Shown here piece after piece: positions 63,040 through 64,000 of a stretch of DNA of 64,000 nucleotides. A program made the position numbers and the translations under genes. Numbering within the stretch: position 1 is the first letter of the stretch; the number at the start of each line of letters is the position of its first letter. The DNA is from Mytilus edulis (lineage: Eukaryota), in assembly GCF_963676685.1 (NCBI RefSeq), contig NC_092344.1, positions 125,116,001 through 125,180,000 on the forward strand, written 5' to 3'. Below the pieces are notes generated by a model. That model did not search any database and was not told the DNA's origin. It saw nothing but the letters and a program-made list of their open reading frames with translations.

Positions 63040-64000
63040 GTATAAACGATGTGCTTGGTTTTTAAAAAGCTTTTTCAAATCATATCAGTTAATAAGTAGA
63101 TTTCCATACTTTGGTGATGTAACAAACTTTTGAATTTGTTGTTAACTTCCTATAAGATATACCAGTAATGCCATAACTATCTGAATAAAGTTTGGAAATT
63201 TTAAAACATCTGATTTGAATCAAATTTGTTAAGATTTAATCATTTTAATCATATGACATCTACTGGTGACATAACTGTAACTTTAATTTTGTGCAATGGA
63301 ACTAACTGGCTACGAACTTATAACTGTCTTAATGGACTGCTTGTATGGTGTTCTGTGTGGTTTAATATGTTACCTGAATCAATTCATTACAACTGCCAGT
63401 TCTTTGTCCAGGTGGGACTGAGGGGAGAAATATAGCATTTTATCTCAGCCCAATAAAGAAAGCCACCATGTTTAGAAAAAAATATGTATTTATACACATT
63501 GGGCTTTGAGCATTCCATTTATATGTAATTCAAGTAAATTTCTTCTAAAAAAATAAGGTTGTCACTACAAGATCACCTTGAATATAACATGTTTAACATA
63601 AATATATACAATCAGTCATACAAAAATGCATCAAATTTCACCATACACAAGTCAATGAGAAGGTAACATATAAGATGGTTATATAGGGGTGAGAGGGTGG
63701 GGAATAGTTAACTAACTTCTTTGTCCTTTCTATCTTGTAAGGAATATGGCATTGGTCAAGTGCGCATTAATTTTTCTTCATATACTGACCGCCAAAAATA
63801 GTCTGTGCAAAAAGGAATTTAACAGGTACTACCCAGTGGCGGATCCAGAAAAAAATTTGGGGGTGGTCCCAAATGAATATTGAATTGTATGAAAAAGGTT
63901 AAAAAATACCTTCGACATTATGGAAGATCATGAATTTGGACAACACCATGCAATGCACATATTCCTAGGTAAACTGATTTTCATTTAATATGCAATATCT

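Overview
AT-rich, intron-rich animal genomic DNA. The repeat families resemble those I recall from bivalve (Mytilus-like) genomes; that attribution is inference. Most entries in the ORF track are spurious. The main feature is a large + strand spliced gene that the ORF track does not reveal. I reconstructed about 27 coding exons by hand between 13659 and 63039 (about 1,130 aa, continuing past the window end). Every junction is phase 0, and about 18-20 exons each encode one copy of a ~30-aa helical module (LP[IL]G..Y[DE]..[RK]..L..ER.[KR][ED]Y[NQ].[FY]L.K) that ends at or just before the splice donor. The module resembles, from memory, the short N-terminal repeats of CSPP1 (centrosome and spindle pole-associated protein 1), so this looks like a greatly expanded one-exon-one-repeat CSPP1-like array. 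It includes one decayed or frameshifted copy and a minisatellite that multiplies a splice-site-flanked 15-nt microexon. At the left edge is a - strand spliced gene with a ZAD-like C4 zinc finger and a DUF6589-like region, probably from a transposon. Introns and intergenic DNA contain LINE fragments, Helentron-like non-autonomous elements, hAT, piggyBac and Harbinger MITEs with clear target-site duplications (TSDs), three elements sharing a long-hairpin architecture, and many satellites.
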